Below are positions 37,280-50,019 of a stretch of 64,000 bases of DNA, piece after piece. The stretch covers positions 124,001 through 188,000 of the forward strand of contig NIVC01000732.1 in NCBI GenBank assembly GCA_002269645.1, in the 5' to 3' direction. This stretch comes from Macrostomum lignano. Taxonomy: Eukaryota. The translations under genes and the position numbers were made by a program. Within the stretch, counting starts at the first letter, position 1; every line of letters begins with the position of its first letter. The notes below the pieces were generated by a model. The model saw only the letters and a list, made by a program, of their open reading frames with translations. It was not told the origin of the DNA and made no database searches.

Positions 37280-37830
37280 ATCGCCCTTGAGTCTCTCACC
37301 CGTCATCAAGTCGCCCCTGAGTCTCTCACCCGTCATCAAGTCACCCCTGAGTCTCTCACCTGTCATCAAATCACCCCTGAGTCTATCAACTGTCATCAAA
37401 TCACCCCTGAGTCTCTCACCTGTCATCAAATCCCACCTGAGTCTCCCAACTGTCATCAACTCGCCCCTGAGTCTCTCACCTGTCTTCAAATCACACCTGA
37501 ATCTCTCACCTGTCATCAAATCACCCCTGAGTCTCTCACCTGTCATCAAATCACCCCTGAGTCTCTCACCTGTCATCAAATCACCCCTGAGTCTCTCACC
37601 TGTCATCAAATCACCCCTGAGTCTCTCACCTGTCATCAAATCACCCCTGAGTCTCTCACCTGTCATCAAATCACCCCTGAGTCTCTCACCTGTCATCAAA
37701 TCACCCCTGAGTCTCTCACCTGTCAATAAATCGCCCCTGAGTCTCTCACCTGTCTTCAAATCGCCCCCCTGAGTCTCTAATCTGTCATCAAATCGCCCCT
37801 GAGTCTCTCACCTGTCAATAAATCGTCCCG
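37280..37830. repeat. 30-bp minisatellite (cccctgagtctctcacctgtcatcaaatca)
   Basis: About 18 tandem units. Confidence 0.93.
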
Positions 37831-39194
37831 GAGTTTTACCTACCCTACGAAAATCAATCAGTCTTTAAGAAACCATGCATTAAGGGATTTAATAAAAAGA
37901 CTAACAATTTTGCAATAAGTGAAATTTATTAGCAACACTCCATTAAACTGGCAGGTTCATTTTTAGCATATTTACAATCTAGGCAAGCTTATATATAGAT
38001 CGCTTTATGGCAGAAAAAAATCTCAAAGCCTTTTTCGTCTTTTCTTTGGACGTAGTTCTCTAATATGGTAGAATTTAGATATTACTGGTGCAACAAGTAC
38101 AACCTTATTTAGTACTCGCTCTTCAGAGCATTGCAGATTATTAAATATCAAACGCATACCATTTGTAAGTTACAGTAAAGTACAGCAAGGTAAAGTTTTC
38201 TTGCCTTGTTAAAAGAAGGGCTTGCAAAAAAGCAATTGAATTTCAATTATTAAAGACAGAGAAAAACTGAATTGACTAATTAAAAACCAAAGCAAAGGCA
38301 GGTGAAAACAATGAGGGCTTCAAAGGAATGACGCTATGAGGAAATCGGGGACTCGATCGACATCAACTCGAGTCCCATTCGTCGGTTAAAACAAACAAAA
38401 AATGTTAATTAAACAGCAGCAGTAAACACCTGCAAGATGCTCTCGTGTTAATGATGCTCAAATTGTCAATTCCGACTTCCATATTTGGTAGCTGATAGCG
38501 GCGTGTTTATCAACAGCCGATTTCTTAATTATAGATACGATCTCAAGCAGGTAATATGGTCAATTAAGCGTCTAGCAGGTGTTTTAAGTGAATGGCTAAT
38601 TGTTGTAATTATATTGGATCAAATGAATAGTTAAATTTAGGCCCAATTATAATTAGCCAATAAACACTGGAACGCTAAGATAAAGTTACAAAGTTATTAA
38701 TAGCCACATCTGCGCACTCCGAAACCGCTCAGAACGGCAAAGATAAAATATTTTCATCGATTACAAAAACACGTAAGGTGGCTGTGTGTACACTGCTTAA
38801 AAAATGACATCAGAGAAAAAAGTAAAATACGATTGGCTTTTTAAAAGATGGAAACAAAAAATTCTAACCATTAATAAATTTATGCAAATAGAATTTCGGA
38901 ATCATGCATAGGCATTTTGCTTGGCGCCGCTGGCGATAAAATATTCAGCGCAGTAGAAGCTACGCGCTGTATGTAACTCAATAAAATAGGTTTGCGTGCA
39001 CTCTCAGCAGTCGCCAGGTGCAATAAAAAACATTGAAGTAGTTGAGGAATCAAGGCGGTGTCAGGTGCTTTAATTTTCCGATTTCAGGTTAGATTTCACG
39101 GGTTTGAAAAGGTGAGTTATTGATTTGTTCAATTTTAGCCGATTTCCGATTCCATAAAGTGCAGCCTTGGACGTCTTAGAGTGCCATTTTTATT

Positions 39195-39505
39195 TCAGAA
39201 GTGCCACTTCGGGTTTAAGAAGTGCCACTTCGGGTTTTTGTTTTTAAACCATTTCGGGTTTAAGAAGTGCCATTTCGGGCTTAAAAAGTGCCATTTCGGG
39301 TTTATCAAGTTCCATTTCGGGTTTATCAAGTTCCATTACGAGTTTTTGAAGTGTCATTTCGGGTTTAGGAAGTGTCATTTCGGGTCTATGAAGTTCCATT
39401 TCGGGTTTTTGAAGTGTCATTTCGGGTCTATGAAGTTTCATTTCGGGTTTTTGAAGTGTCATTTCGGGTTTAGGAAGTGCCGTTTCGGGCTTGAGATGTG
39501 CCATT
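39195..39505. repeat. 21-bp minisatellite (tttcgggtttttgaagtgtca), likely within the Blimp-1 3' UTR
   Basis: Tandem units between the stop (39607) and a minus-strand AATAAA at about 39189-39194. Confidence 0.85.
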
Positions 39506-39606
39506 TCATAGTTAAATTTTGTTAGTAAAAATTGAAAAAACATCTGAACAATTCTAGTAAACAACAGGCACAATTTGACCTCCCAGAAAACCAGTCTATC
39601 CATCTG

Positions 39607-40823
39607 CTACGACTCCATCGTCGCGGTGTCCTCGGCATCCTGAGGCGGGCTGTCTCCGCCCCCCACGATGGCTGCCAGCTCCTCGGCGAAGCCGGCGCCG
39701 AATCCAACGATGCAGCCGCCAGTGCGCCAGTGCGACCGCAGACCGCCGGCGTTCGAGTATTTTTTGCGGCACTTCGGACACTCAAACGGCTGCTCGGTGG
39801 TGTGCAGCCGCTTGTGCAGCTTGAGGTGCACGAACTGGGTGAACTTAGCTGAGCACAGCTTGCAGTTGAACGGCTTTTCGCCGCTGTGCAGCCGCATGTG
39901 GGTCTTCAGGTTGCTGGTGCTGCTGAACCGCTTGTGGCAGACGTAGCACGAGTGCGGCTTCTCGCCCGTGTGCACCAGGTTGTGCTTCTGCAGGTGCGCC
40001 AGCTGGGTGAAGCCTTTGTCGCACAGTTCGCAACGGAACGGCCGTTCGCCCGTGTGCGTCCGCAGGTGCACCTTCAGGTTGGACAGCTGGCCGAAACTCT
40101 TCAAACAGACGTGGCAGTCGTATTGCATCTTGCCGTCTTTCTTCTGCGGGGACGGATAAGGGGCCTGCTGAGGCTGCTGAGGCTGCTGATGCGACTGCTG
40201 AGCTGTTGAGTCGTCTGACAATGATGAAGACGATGGCGGATGCGCGCGCTTAGGCTGCTGAGGCGGCGGCTGCTGCTGCTGTTGCTGGAGGTGGCGGTGC
40301 TGGTGATGTTGAGATTGCAGAGGCGGCCGAGTGGCCTGCGGTCGGGCCACAGTCGGCAGAGTCGATGCCGCTCCAGCTGAAGCTTTGGGTGCGGCGGCTG
40401 CGGCTGCAGCGGCGGCGGTGGCGGCGGCGGCGGCAGCTAGGAACGGCGATGGCAGCTGGTTGAGCAGGCGGGAAGCTGTCGAGGTGCAGCCGGGGTACAG
40501 GTGAGAGCCCGGCAGTGGCGGTGGAAGGTTCAGCGACGATGGAGGAGGAGGCGGCGGCTGGGTGTGACGCAGCATCGAAGCTGCCGCGGCCGCTGCTGAG
40601 CTGAGAAACGGAGGTGGAAGCGGCGGCGGCGGAGGAGGAATTCGACTGCCCGGATGCCAGCCAATTGAAGCCAGGTTTTGCAGAATCTGCTGCTGATGAT
40701 GGTGCAGCAGGTTTTGCTGCTGCTGCTGCTGTTGCTGTTTTGGTGTCAGCTGAGTCAGGCGCTCAATGGAGAACGGCAAGGCGGCTGCAGGTGTTTTCCG
40801 TTTTGGACTGGGCGTTTCCAGCG
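39607..40823 (-). CDS. PRDM1: Blimp-1/PRDM1 exon 4: Q/P/A-rich region and five zinc fingers
   Basis: [23 protein letters not shown]...[11 protein letters not shown]...[11 protein letters not shown]...[11 protein letters not shown], plus a C2HC fifth finger, near-identical to Blimp-1 fingers. Acceptor ttttag. Confidence 0.96.
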
Positions 40824-40855
40824 CTAAAAGGTCAAGATGAAACTGTTTTAGCGAC

Positions 40856-41161
40856 TAATAATAATAATAATGATACTCAAAGTAATAATAATAATTGATT
40901 ACACCTGCCCCGATTGGGCCAGATGTGCAACCGGCAGCTCAGCCGCAGCTATTGCGTGGCGCATTTGAAGGCTGCGTACGGCTGTTCAGTCCAAGGACTG
41001 GGGGGTCGCCACACACAGCCTCAATTACCCCAGCTAATGCTGGCACCCATTTTACAGCTGGGTGAACTGAAGCAATGCAGAGTTAAGTGTCTTGCTCAAG
41101 GACACAAACTGTTCCAGTGGGATCGGCAGAAAAAAACCACTGACCACTAGGCTGCAGCCCC
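40856..41161 (-). mobile_element. tRNA-derived CORE-type SINE in Blimp-1 intron 3
   Basis: Minus-strand head ggggctgcagcctagtggtcag (A box) and a degenerate B box. Central 41046-41106 resembles the MIR CORE domain. (ATT)n tail. Confidence 0.7.
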
Positions 41162-41342
41162 TTACCGACTGACTTTGATTAATTTCTATGTCAAAACGCG
41201 TTAGCAAGGTAGAGATTCAGGGGTTAAGCGGCCGCTTCAGGCTTTATACGACATTATCTCATGCTCAAAGTTTTGTTTTGAAATTTTTGAAATATTGTAA
41301 ATTGCAGCAGTACCATTTGACATTAAGTGCGTTGAGCCTCAC

Positions 41343-41562
41343 CTTTGAGCTCCATGCGCTGCAGCATCTCTGGCGCGTACCAGGCTACCAATTCACTGCC
41401 TCTGCCGATGGTGTCAGTCGTGTAAAAGTACAGCTGGCCCTGGTGCTCCGCCACCGCCAGATTGTGCCGCCCGTCGGGGCTCTGGCGCACGGCTCCCAGC
41501 CAGTTGCTGCGCCTAAGGCAGGTCACGTCGCAGTATTGACAGACTCCGCCAGGTGTCACAAC
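41343..41562 (-). CDS. PRDM1: Blimp-1 exon 3 (PR/SET domain, C-terminal half)
   Basis: RSNWLGAV...HNL...[21 protein letters not shown]; acceptor ccacag, donor gtgagg; 220 nt. Confidence 0.9.
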
Positions 41563-41587
41563 CTGTGGTATGCAGGGCGGCGGCGGG

Positions 41588-41688
41588 GTGAGGGCACTGG
41601 ACTGTAGCAGACAGACAGACAGACAGACACTAAGACAGACAAACAGACAGACAATAAAACAGACAAACAGACAGACAGACAGACACTA

Positions 41689-41749
<61 letters not shown>

Positions 41750-42025
41750 CACACAGACAGACAGACACACAGACAGACAGACAGACAGACACACAGACAG
41801 ACAGACACACAGACAGACAGACACACAGACACTAAGACACTAAGACAGACAGACAGACACTAAGACAGACACACAGACAGGCAATAAAAAATACAGACAG
41901 ACAGACACTAAGAAAGACACTAAGACAGACAGACAGACAAACCGACAGACAGACACTTAGACAGACAGACACTTAGACAGACAGACACTTAGACAGACAG
42001 ACACTTAGACAGACAGACAAACAGA
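41588..42025. repeat. (GACA)n-type microsatellite in Blimp-1 intron 2
   Basis: Imperfect tetranucleotide run. Confidence 0.95.
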
Positions 42026-42053
42026 TAAACGGCCACCAGAGCATTGAGCTCAC

Positions 42054-42152
42054 CTTCCAGCACTTCTCAGTCGCGGTGCTGCACAGCCGCCCCTTCAACG
42101 GTCCAAACCTGGTGCCCCTGGGTATGGCGTCATTGCTCCAAACTGACTGGCT
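42054..42152 (-). CDS. PRDM1: Blimp-1 exon 2 (PR domain, N-terminal part)
   Basis: SQSVWSNDAIPRGTRFGPLKG...CWK; acceptor ttgcag, donor gtgagc; 99 nt. Confidence 0.9.
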
Positions 42153-42814
42153 CTGCAATAGGAATCGGAGTATCCAAATGAATTATTTTAATTTTCCAAT
42201 TAAAAATGTCTGAATAAAATTTCTATCGCGATGGAGCATGGAAAAGAAGAGAACACTCGACACGATTTGCAATCTCGGAGATTCGAGATACAAGAAGGGG
42301 ATGGGTGAGAACAGATACAGAACTGAGAACAGTACTCATTGCCAGGCTGAATCCTCTGCTGAAGCAGAGATGTTTCATTAGAATGATGATAATATTGCAG
42401 TTTTGATTTCCCGTTTTCAAAAGCTTGCGAAGCCCCCTTTCACCTGGCGCACTTGGATAGCTATATACTGATTGATTGGATGAAAGCAAGGCTGTGACAC
42501 TAACACCTCAAGTGTCTGTTACTTTTCCCTTCCCCCTACTTCCCTCATGAGATCCATATCACTCCATGTGTTCTATTCGCTCTCTCTTTTCCAGTTTCTG
42601 TGACAAAGCAATAACTAACATCTGCTTTTACCTGCTCTTTTCTATTCTTTTCAAAAAGGTAGAGAGTCATCTTTTCTAGTTTTCCTCTCTTTATTGCGGT
42701 ATTATGAGTGTTTGCAATGGTCTGTTAGGGGCCACATTCCGGTTAGTGTATTGCCTTAGTTGGAGAGTTTCATAAAGGTGGAACGATGTTCAGGGATATA
42801 GGAGAAAGTGGGGA

Positions 42815-43405
42815 ATGAGATGACGAGAGACAGGGAGAGAAACATGGAGATATAGGGAGAGACACGGAGAGATACAGGGAGAGAGACAGGGAGAGACACA
42901 GGGAGAGAGACAGGGAGAGACAGAGAGAGAGACAGGGAGAGAAAGGGAGAGAGACAGGGAGAGAGACAGGGAGAGACAGGGAGAGAGACAGGGAGAGAGA
43001 TATGGAGAGACAGGGAGAGACAGGGAGAGAGACAGGGAGAGACAGGGAGAGGGACAGGGAGAGACAGGGAGAGAGACAGGGAAAGAGACAGGGAGAGACA
43101 GGGAGAGAGACAGGGAGAGGGACAGGGAGAGACAGGGAGAGGGACAGGGAGAGACAGGGAGAGAGACAGGGAAAGAGACAGGGAGAGACAGGGAGAGAGA
43201 CAGGGAGAGGGACAGGGAGAGACAGAGAGAGAGACAGGGAGAGACAGGGAGAGAGACAGGGAGAGACAGGGAGAGAGACAGGGAGAGACAGGGAGAGAGA
43301 CAGGGAGAGACAGGGAGAGAGACAGGGAGAGACAGGGAGAGAGACAGGGAGAGACAGGGAGAGAGACAGGGAGAGACAGGGAGAGACACAGGGAGAGAGA
43401 CAGGA
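42815..43405. repeat. purine-rich (gagagacagg)n repeat
   Basis: Tandem 10/12-bp units. Confidence 0.92.
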
Positions 43406-43864
43406 AGAGGGACTGCATCTGTTGCCTTCAACATATCTACCGATATGTTGCGTAGTAGGTTTGACGGCGACTAGTTCCCAATAAAAGAAGTCCCAATACA
43501 GAAAACTGCAAGCATTTATCCATATTAATGACATTAGGAAATAGGATCAGTCCCATCCTGCACCGCAATATCTAAGTTTAAATTTTGATATTGAAACAAG
43601 GAAATGATTCCAGTCCGGAACCAAAAATTTTATCGCCTAAAGCGGAAAAGCAGTTCTGCTGAGCGGCATCGGGTATCTCAGTCTCAATTGCTTCTGCTCA
43701 AATTTGCTCAAAACTGCCCGTGATTCATAAGAGTCTTTGTTTGGATTTAAAATAATGAGGCCTTCCAGAAGATTTTATAGGACCGTCTAGACAGAAATTG
43801 TGTCTCTTTTTAATAATCATAAATCAAACTACACGAAGTTGTCTAGATGATACTGCGAGTTCTG

Positions 43865-44835
43865 CTGCTAATGATCATTAATGATACTGCTCATGATCAT
43901 AAATCGCACTGCTCATGATCATTAATGACACTGCTAATGATCATTAATGACACTGCTAATGATCATTAATGACACTGCTAATGATCATTAATGACACTGC
44001 TCATGATCATTAATGACACTGCTAATGATCATTAATGACACTGCTCATGATCATTAATGACACTGCTCATGATCGTTAATGACACTGCTCATGATCATTA
44101 ATGACACTGCTCATGATCATTAATGACACTGCTCATGATCATTAATGACACTGCTCATGATCATTAATGACACTGCTCATGATCATTAATGACACTGCTC
44201 ATGATCATTAATGATACTGCTCATGATCATAAATCGCACTGCTCATGATCATTAATGACACTGCTCATGATCATTAATGACACTGCTCATGATCATTAAT
44301 GACACTGCTCATGATCATTAATGACACTGCTCATGATCATTAATCGCACTGCTCATGATCATTAATGACACTGCTCATGATCATAAATCGCACTGCTCAT
44401 GATCATTAATGACACTGCTCATGATTATTAATGACACTGCTAATGATTATTAATGACACTGCTCATGATCATTAATGACACTGCTAATGATCATTAATGA
44501 CACTGCTCATGATCATTAATGACACTGCTCATGATCATTAATGACACTGCTAATGATCATTAATCGCACTGCTCATGATCATTAATGACACTGCTCATGA
44601 TCATAAATCGCACTGCTCATGATCATTAATGACACTGCTCATGATCATTAATGACACTGCTAATGATTATTAATGACACTGCTCATGATCATTAATGACA
44701 CTGCTCATGATCATTAATGACACTGCTCTTGATCATTAATCGCACTGCTCATGATCATTAATGACACTGCTCATGATTATTAATGACACTGCTAATGATT
44801 ATTAATGACACTGCTCATGATCATTAATGACACGG
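43865..44835. repeat. 22-bp palindrome-rich minisatellite (ctcatgatcattaatgacactg), about 44 copies
   Basis: Tandem units in Blimp-1 intron 1. Confidence 0.95.
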
Positions 44836-46289
44836 CTCATCACGATGCTCACATATTAGGAAAATAATGAATATTATAATGTTAAACTAAGCTAGAAAAT
44901 TATCAGGCTAACAATTTCTTGGAGAAAATTACGAATTATTAAGACTTCTCACAGTCAAACAAAAGCGATACCGGGCATCGCAGTATGCATTGAAACCAAT
45001 TTTGTTTCATGAGAATTTTTTAGAAAGAAGAAAAATTGTCACACGCCTACAAAAGGCTGCCGTTGACGCTTTCCATTACTTAGAAAAATAAGCTACAGCA
45101 TCAATAGCCTCATATATCCATCTCTCAGATGCGCTCAAAACACATGGGAGGCTTGTCAAGTTGTCAAGTTGTCAAAACGATAGCTATATGCCCAACGCTT
45201 GACGCGAAGTTGCTCAATAACACAATTATTTTTACTCTTCGTGCACAAATTCTCGCATGGGAAACTGACTGACCCGAAACTAAATGGTTGAGTTGCTTTG
45301 ACTTCTGCGTCTCATAACTTAGCCGTCTGAAGGCGCCATCACTGCATGCATGCGGCAATGGTCATTTCTGTCTGTGTCTGTCTGCCTGTCTGTCTGTCCA
45401 TCTCTAGCACAAGCGGCAGCCGCTTAGTTCGAGCTGATGAAATGAAAACGGTAAAAAACCGGCGGACCGGGGAGCACAATGGAGCGCAGGGTTGCGCACT
45501 AGACCCTCTTATAGAGAGTTGCAGAAAATGGAAAATTGAAGACATGAAGAAAAAGCGAGTTGGTCAATGGCAGTTAGAAGCAGCACCCTGCCTCTATATG
45601 TTGCTTGTTGTGTGCAACTACACTGTATAATAAACAGGAGCATGCACTACCCATGCACCGATCTCAGTTATCGTGTGTAGGGACTGAGACCAAGTCTGTG
45701 TTCATCTAAAGCAGAATTTATAATAATAACTTTAGTAAACTCTTTAGAAGACGGGGGAAAAAAGAAAAACAGCCAGATAAAAATTATATATATTTTTTTA
45801 CTCTAAATTCTCATATTAAAGCCTTCGATGCACGAAAATTTATCAAGTTAGAGAGTTTAAATATTACATTATCCGCAAATTAACCCTGCAATTTTGTATA
45901 TGTTATATTTTTTCTTAACCCCATCGTGCCATATGTTACTGTGCTCATAAATTCATGGCAGTTTCTTTCTTCTCTTTGGTCTCACTGTTTCAGTTTCTGT
46001 CTCGTCTCTTATCGTTTGTGTAAAAAAAACGCAACACGACCCCGTTTCATTTTATAGCTTTTTCCTCTATTGTGCTCACTGTGAGGCGGCGGTGCAGCAG
46101 GACAGCACGACTCAACCGAGTGAGAACTTTACAGTGGATGCACAGACTCTGAATGCCTTCATACAACTTCTGCGTGGCATTTTGTTTCTTTTGAAAAACG
46201 TATGAAAATTTTACAAGCAATTATAAACTTTGAAAACTTGTGGGCGTTGGAGAAGTTCGAGTCTTGCGAAGTTCCGGATTTTTTAAGCT

Positions 46290-46875
46290 TGGAGTTTGTG
46301 AAGCTTTTCATGGGGTTTGTGAAGCTGGGGGTTTGTGAAACTTAAGAATTTTGATTAAATTTGGGGTTTGTGAAGCTAATTAGTGTTTGTGAAGCTTGGG
46401 GTTTGTGAAGCTAATTGGTGTTTGTGAAGCTAATTGGTGTTTGTGAAGCTTGGGGTTTGTCAAACTAATTGGTGTTTGTGAAGCTTTGGGTTTGTGAAGC
46501 TGGGGGTTTGTCAAACTAATTGGTGTTTGTGAAGCTTTGGGTTTGTGAAGCTAATTGGTGTTTGTGAAGCTTGGGGTTTGTGAAGCTAATTAGTGTTTGT
46601 GAAGCTTGGTTTTTGTGAAGCTTGGGGTTTGTGAAGCTGGGGGTTTGTCAAACTAATTGGTGTTTGTGAAGCTTTGGGTTTGTGAAGCTAATTGGTGTTT
46701 GTGAAGCTTGGGGTTTGTGAAGCTAATTAGTGTTTGTGAAGCTTGGTTTTTGTGAAGCTTGGGGTTTGTGAAGCTTGGGGTTTGTGAAGCTTGGTTTTTG
46801 TGAAGCTTGGTGTTTGTGAAGCTTGGGGCTTGTGAAGCTTAGTGTTTATGGAGCTATGGTGTTTGTGAAGCTTGA
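46290..46875. repeat. ttggggtttgtgaagc-type repeat on one side of Blimp-1 coding exon 1
   Basis: 16-19-bp tandem units; a sister array lies at 47280-47490. Confidence 0.9.
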
Positions 46876-46940
46876 ATTTTCAAAAGAAGTTTTGGTCTCA
46901 ATTCATTTTTAAAGAACTGCACTCCATATCAGAAACTCAC

Positions 46941-47213
46941 CGCCCGACCACTGCTTGCCGCCGACTCTGTCGCTGCAGTGGCGCTTCGACGAACTGTGAG
47001 ATTCCTTGGCAGGCCGGAGCAACCGTCAGTTGCATCCTCAGCGCCTTCAGCTGCCTCATCCCGATTCGGCACAATGTAAGTGGCAGATTGTTGCAGATAG
47101 CTTGAATCGGCAGTATTATTGCTGCCGAAATTGGTAAAATCAGCTGTGATCTCTGGCGGCTGCTGCTGCTGCTGCTGAGGACGCCACAAAGACGCTTGAG
47201 AACTGATCAGCAT
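46941..47213 (-). CDS. PRDM1: Blimp-1 coding exon 1
   Basis: MLISSQ...SATYIVPN...SGLPRNLTVR matches PRDM1 CTYIV...SLPRNL. Acceptor ttgcag at 47245-47250, donor gtgagt. Total CDS about 602 aa. Confidence 0.8.
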
Positions 47214-47279
47214 TTGAGTTACTATTAGTAGCTCTGTTTTCAATCTGCAACGAAAATAATCAATATTTTTACTCCATAG

Positions 47280-47490
47280 GGTTTGTGAAGATTGTGTTTT
47301 GTGAAGATTATGGTTTGTGAAGATTGGGGTTTGTAAAGATTATGGTTTGTGAAGATTGGGGTTTGTGAAGATTAGGGTTTGTGAAGATTGGGGTTTGTGA
47401 AGCTTAGGGTTTGTGAAGATTGGAGCCTGTGAAGATTGGTGTTTGTGAAGATTGGAGACTGTGAAGATTGGGGTTTGGGGTTTGTGAATC
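47280..47490. repeat. ttggggtttgtgaaga-type repeat on the other side of Blimp-1 coding exon 1
   Basis: Tandem 16-bp units. Confidence 0.88.
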
Positions 47491-47644
47491 ACTTGATGGC
47501 ATACAGACTATAAAAAGCCACAGTGAAAGTTCGCATAAAGGACTGTAGGAAAAGCGCAACTAAAGCGCTGCTTTAAATCCCTGAGAACTTTCTATCTTGC
47601 CAGTGCTTCCTTTCTGCTTGAAAGCAATTAAGTGAGCAACTTAC

Positions 47645-47880
47645 CAATCAGCTTGAGATGGCCTGACGGTCTGTAGGATTCGGTGACTAGCAGTTTCAGT
47701 TAAATTATAGTTTGTCACTAGCTATATAGGCTTTGGAGACTTTGAAGAGGGGGCGGTAAGTCTGTGAGATTGAGCAGTTCTCTCATTGGTCATTGGCCCC
47801 TGTTGTGGAAATGAGCTAAGCGAAAGGCGTGGGCCGCCTCCTGTCCTCCTGAAACTGCGGACGCCTCTCATTGGCTGCAG
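47645..47880 (-). promoter_or_regulatory. candidate Blimp-1 core promoter and 5' UTR exon
   Basis: On the minus strand: three CCAAT boxes (47785, 47792, 47870), a GC box (about 47750), a TATA-like motif (47701-47709), then a perfect donor G|GTAAGT at 47645. Confidence 0.45.
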
Positions 47881-48018
47881 GTCGGGCCGCAAAACTGGGG
47901 GCTGGGAGAAGAAACCACCCCCCCCCCTGTGCAAGTTAAAACTTTTTCAACAGACACAAGGAAAGCAATACAATGGGAAGAGGGACTCAAGTGTCCACTG
48001 CGATGCATGATCATTGAT

Positions 48019-49633
48019 ACCGCCCCTGTGCAACTAAATCCGCCCCTGTGCAACTAAATCCGCCCCTGTGCAACTAAATCCGCCCCTGTGCAACTAAATC
48101 CGCCCCTGTGCAACTAAATCCGCCCCTGTGCAACTAAATCCGCCCCTGTGCAACTAAATCCGCCCCTGTGCAACTAAATCCGCCCCTGTGCAACTAAATC
48201 CGCCCCTGTGCAACTAAAGTCCGCCCCTGTGCAACTAAATCCGCGACTGTGCAACTAAATCCGCCCCTGTGCAACTAAATCCGCCCCTGTGCAACTAAAT
48301 CCGCCCCTGTGCAACTAAAGTCCGCCCCTGTGCAACTAAATCCGCGACTGTGCAACTAAATCCGCCCCTGTGCAACTAAATCCGCCCCTGTGCAACTAAA
48401 TCCGTCCCTGTGCGCCTGAATCCGCCTTTGTCCGACTAAATCCGTCCTTGTGCGCCTGAATCCGCCCCTGTGCGACTAAATCCGCCCCTATGAAACTAAA
48501 TCCGCCCCTATGAAACTAAATCCGCCCCTGTGCAACTAAATCCGCTTCTGTGCAACAGAAGCCGCCCCTGTGCAACTAAATCCGCCTCTGTGCAACTAAA
48601 TCCGCTTCTGTGCAACAGAAGCCACCCCTGTGCAACTAAATCCGCCTCTGTGCAACTAAATCCGCCCCTGTGCAACTAAATCCGTCGCTGTGCGCCTGAA
48701 TCCGCCCCTGTGCGACAAAATCCGCCCCTATGAAACTAAATCCGCCCCTGTGCAACTAAATCCGCCCCTGTGCAACTAAGTCCGCCTCTGTGCAACTAAA
48801 TCCGCCCCTGTGCGACTAAATCCGCCCCTGTGCAACAGAAGCCGCCCCTATGAAACTAAATCCGCCCCTGTGCAACTAAATCCGCCTCTGTGCAACAGAA
48901 GCCGCCCCTGTGCAACTAAATCCGCCTCTGTGCAACTAAATCCGCCCCTGTGCAACTAAATCCGCCCCTGTGCAACTAAATCCGCCCCTGTGCAACTAAG
49001 TCCGCCCCTGTGCAACTAAATCCGCCCCTGTGCAACAGAAGCCGCCCCTATGAAACTAAATCCGCCCCTGTGCAACTAAATCCGCCTCTGTGCAACAGAA
49101 GCCGCCCCTGTGCAACTAAATCCGCCTCTGTGCAACTAAATCCGCCCCTGTGCAACTAAATCCGCCCCTGTGCAACTAAGTCCGCCCCTGTGCAACTAAA
49201 TCCGCCCCTGTGCAACTAAATCCGCCCCTGTGCGACTAAATCCGCCCCTGTGCAACTAAATCCGCCTCTGTGCAACTAAATCCGCCCCTGTGCAACTAAA
49301 TCCGCCCCTGTGCAACTAAATCCGCCCCTGTGCAACTAAATCCGCCCCTGTGCAACTAAGTCCGCCCCTGTGCGCCTGAATCCGCCTTTGTGCGACTAAA
49401 TCCGCCCCTGTGCAACTAAATCCGTCCCTGTGCGCCTGAATCAGCCCCTGTGCGACTAAATCCGCCCCTGTGCAACAGAAGCCGCCCCTGTGCAACTAAA
49501 TCCGCCCCTGTGCAACTAAATCCGCCCCTGTGCAACTAAATCCGCCCCTGTGCGCCTGAATCCGCCCCTGTGCGACTAAATCCGCCCCTGTGAAACTAAA
49601 TCCGCCCCTGTGCAACTAAAGCCGCCCCTATGA
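48019..49633. repeat. 20-bp minisatellite (ccgcccctgtgcaactaaat), about 80 copies
   Basis: Tandem units visible directly upstream of the candidate Blimp-1 promoter. Confidence 0.96.
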
Positions 49634-50019
49634 AAGGTAGAGGAATTGCTGACAACAGGCACAACGAGGCACAAAATTGCAGCCTTGGTGTTTTCAGACA
49701 CGCAGAGCACGACGGCCTGTTGACGATCAGGCCGACACTCGCCGCAACAGCAGCCTGCAGCTTGTCCAGTCGCTGGGCGCCCTAAACAGAGATCGTTGGC
49801 TCAGTCGTCGACCCACGCGTCGCCGCAGCAGAAAGCCGTTGAAGTTGGTATAGGAACGAACAGGAACGGCGCGAACGTAAACTCTCTGAAGCGCTTCAGA
49901 GGATGTCTCGATAAAGTCATGTTGTATGCGTAGATCACTTTTGGGAGCACGCGGACCTATTGACCCAGTCGAACAACCATGAATCTTCACCCTCGGTGCT
50001 CCTCTTGCCTTATGCGTGC

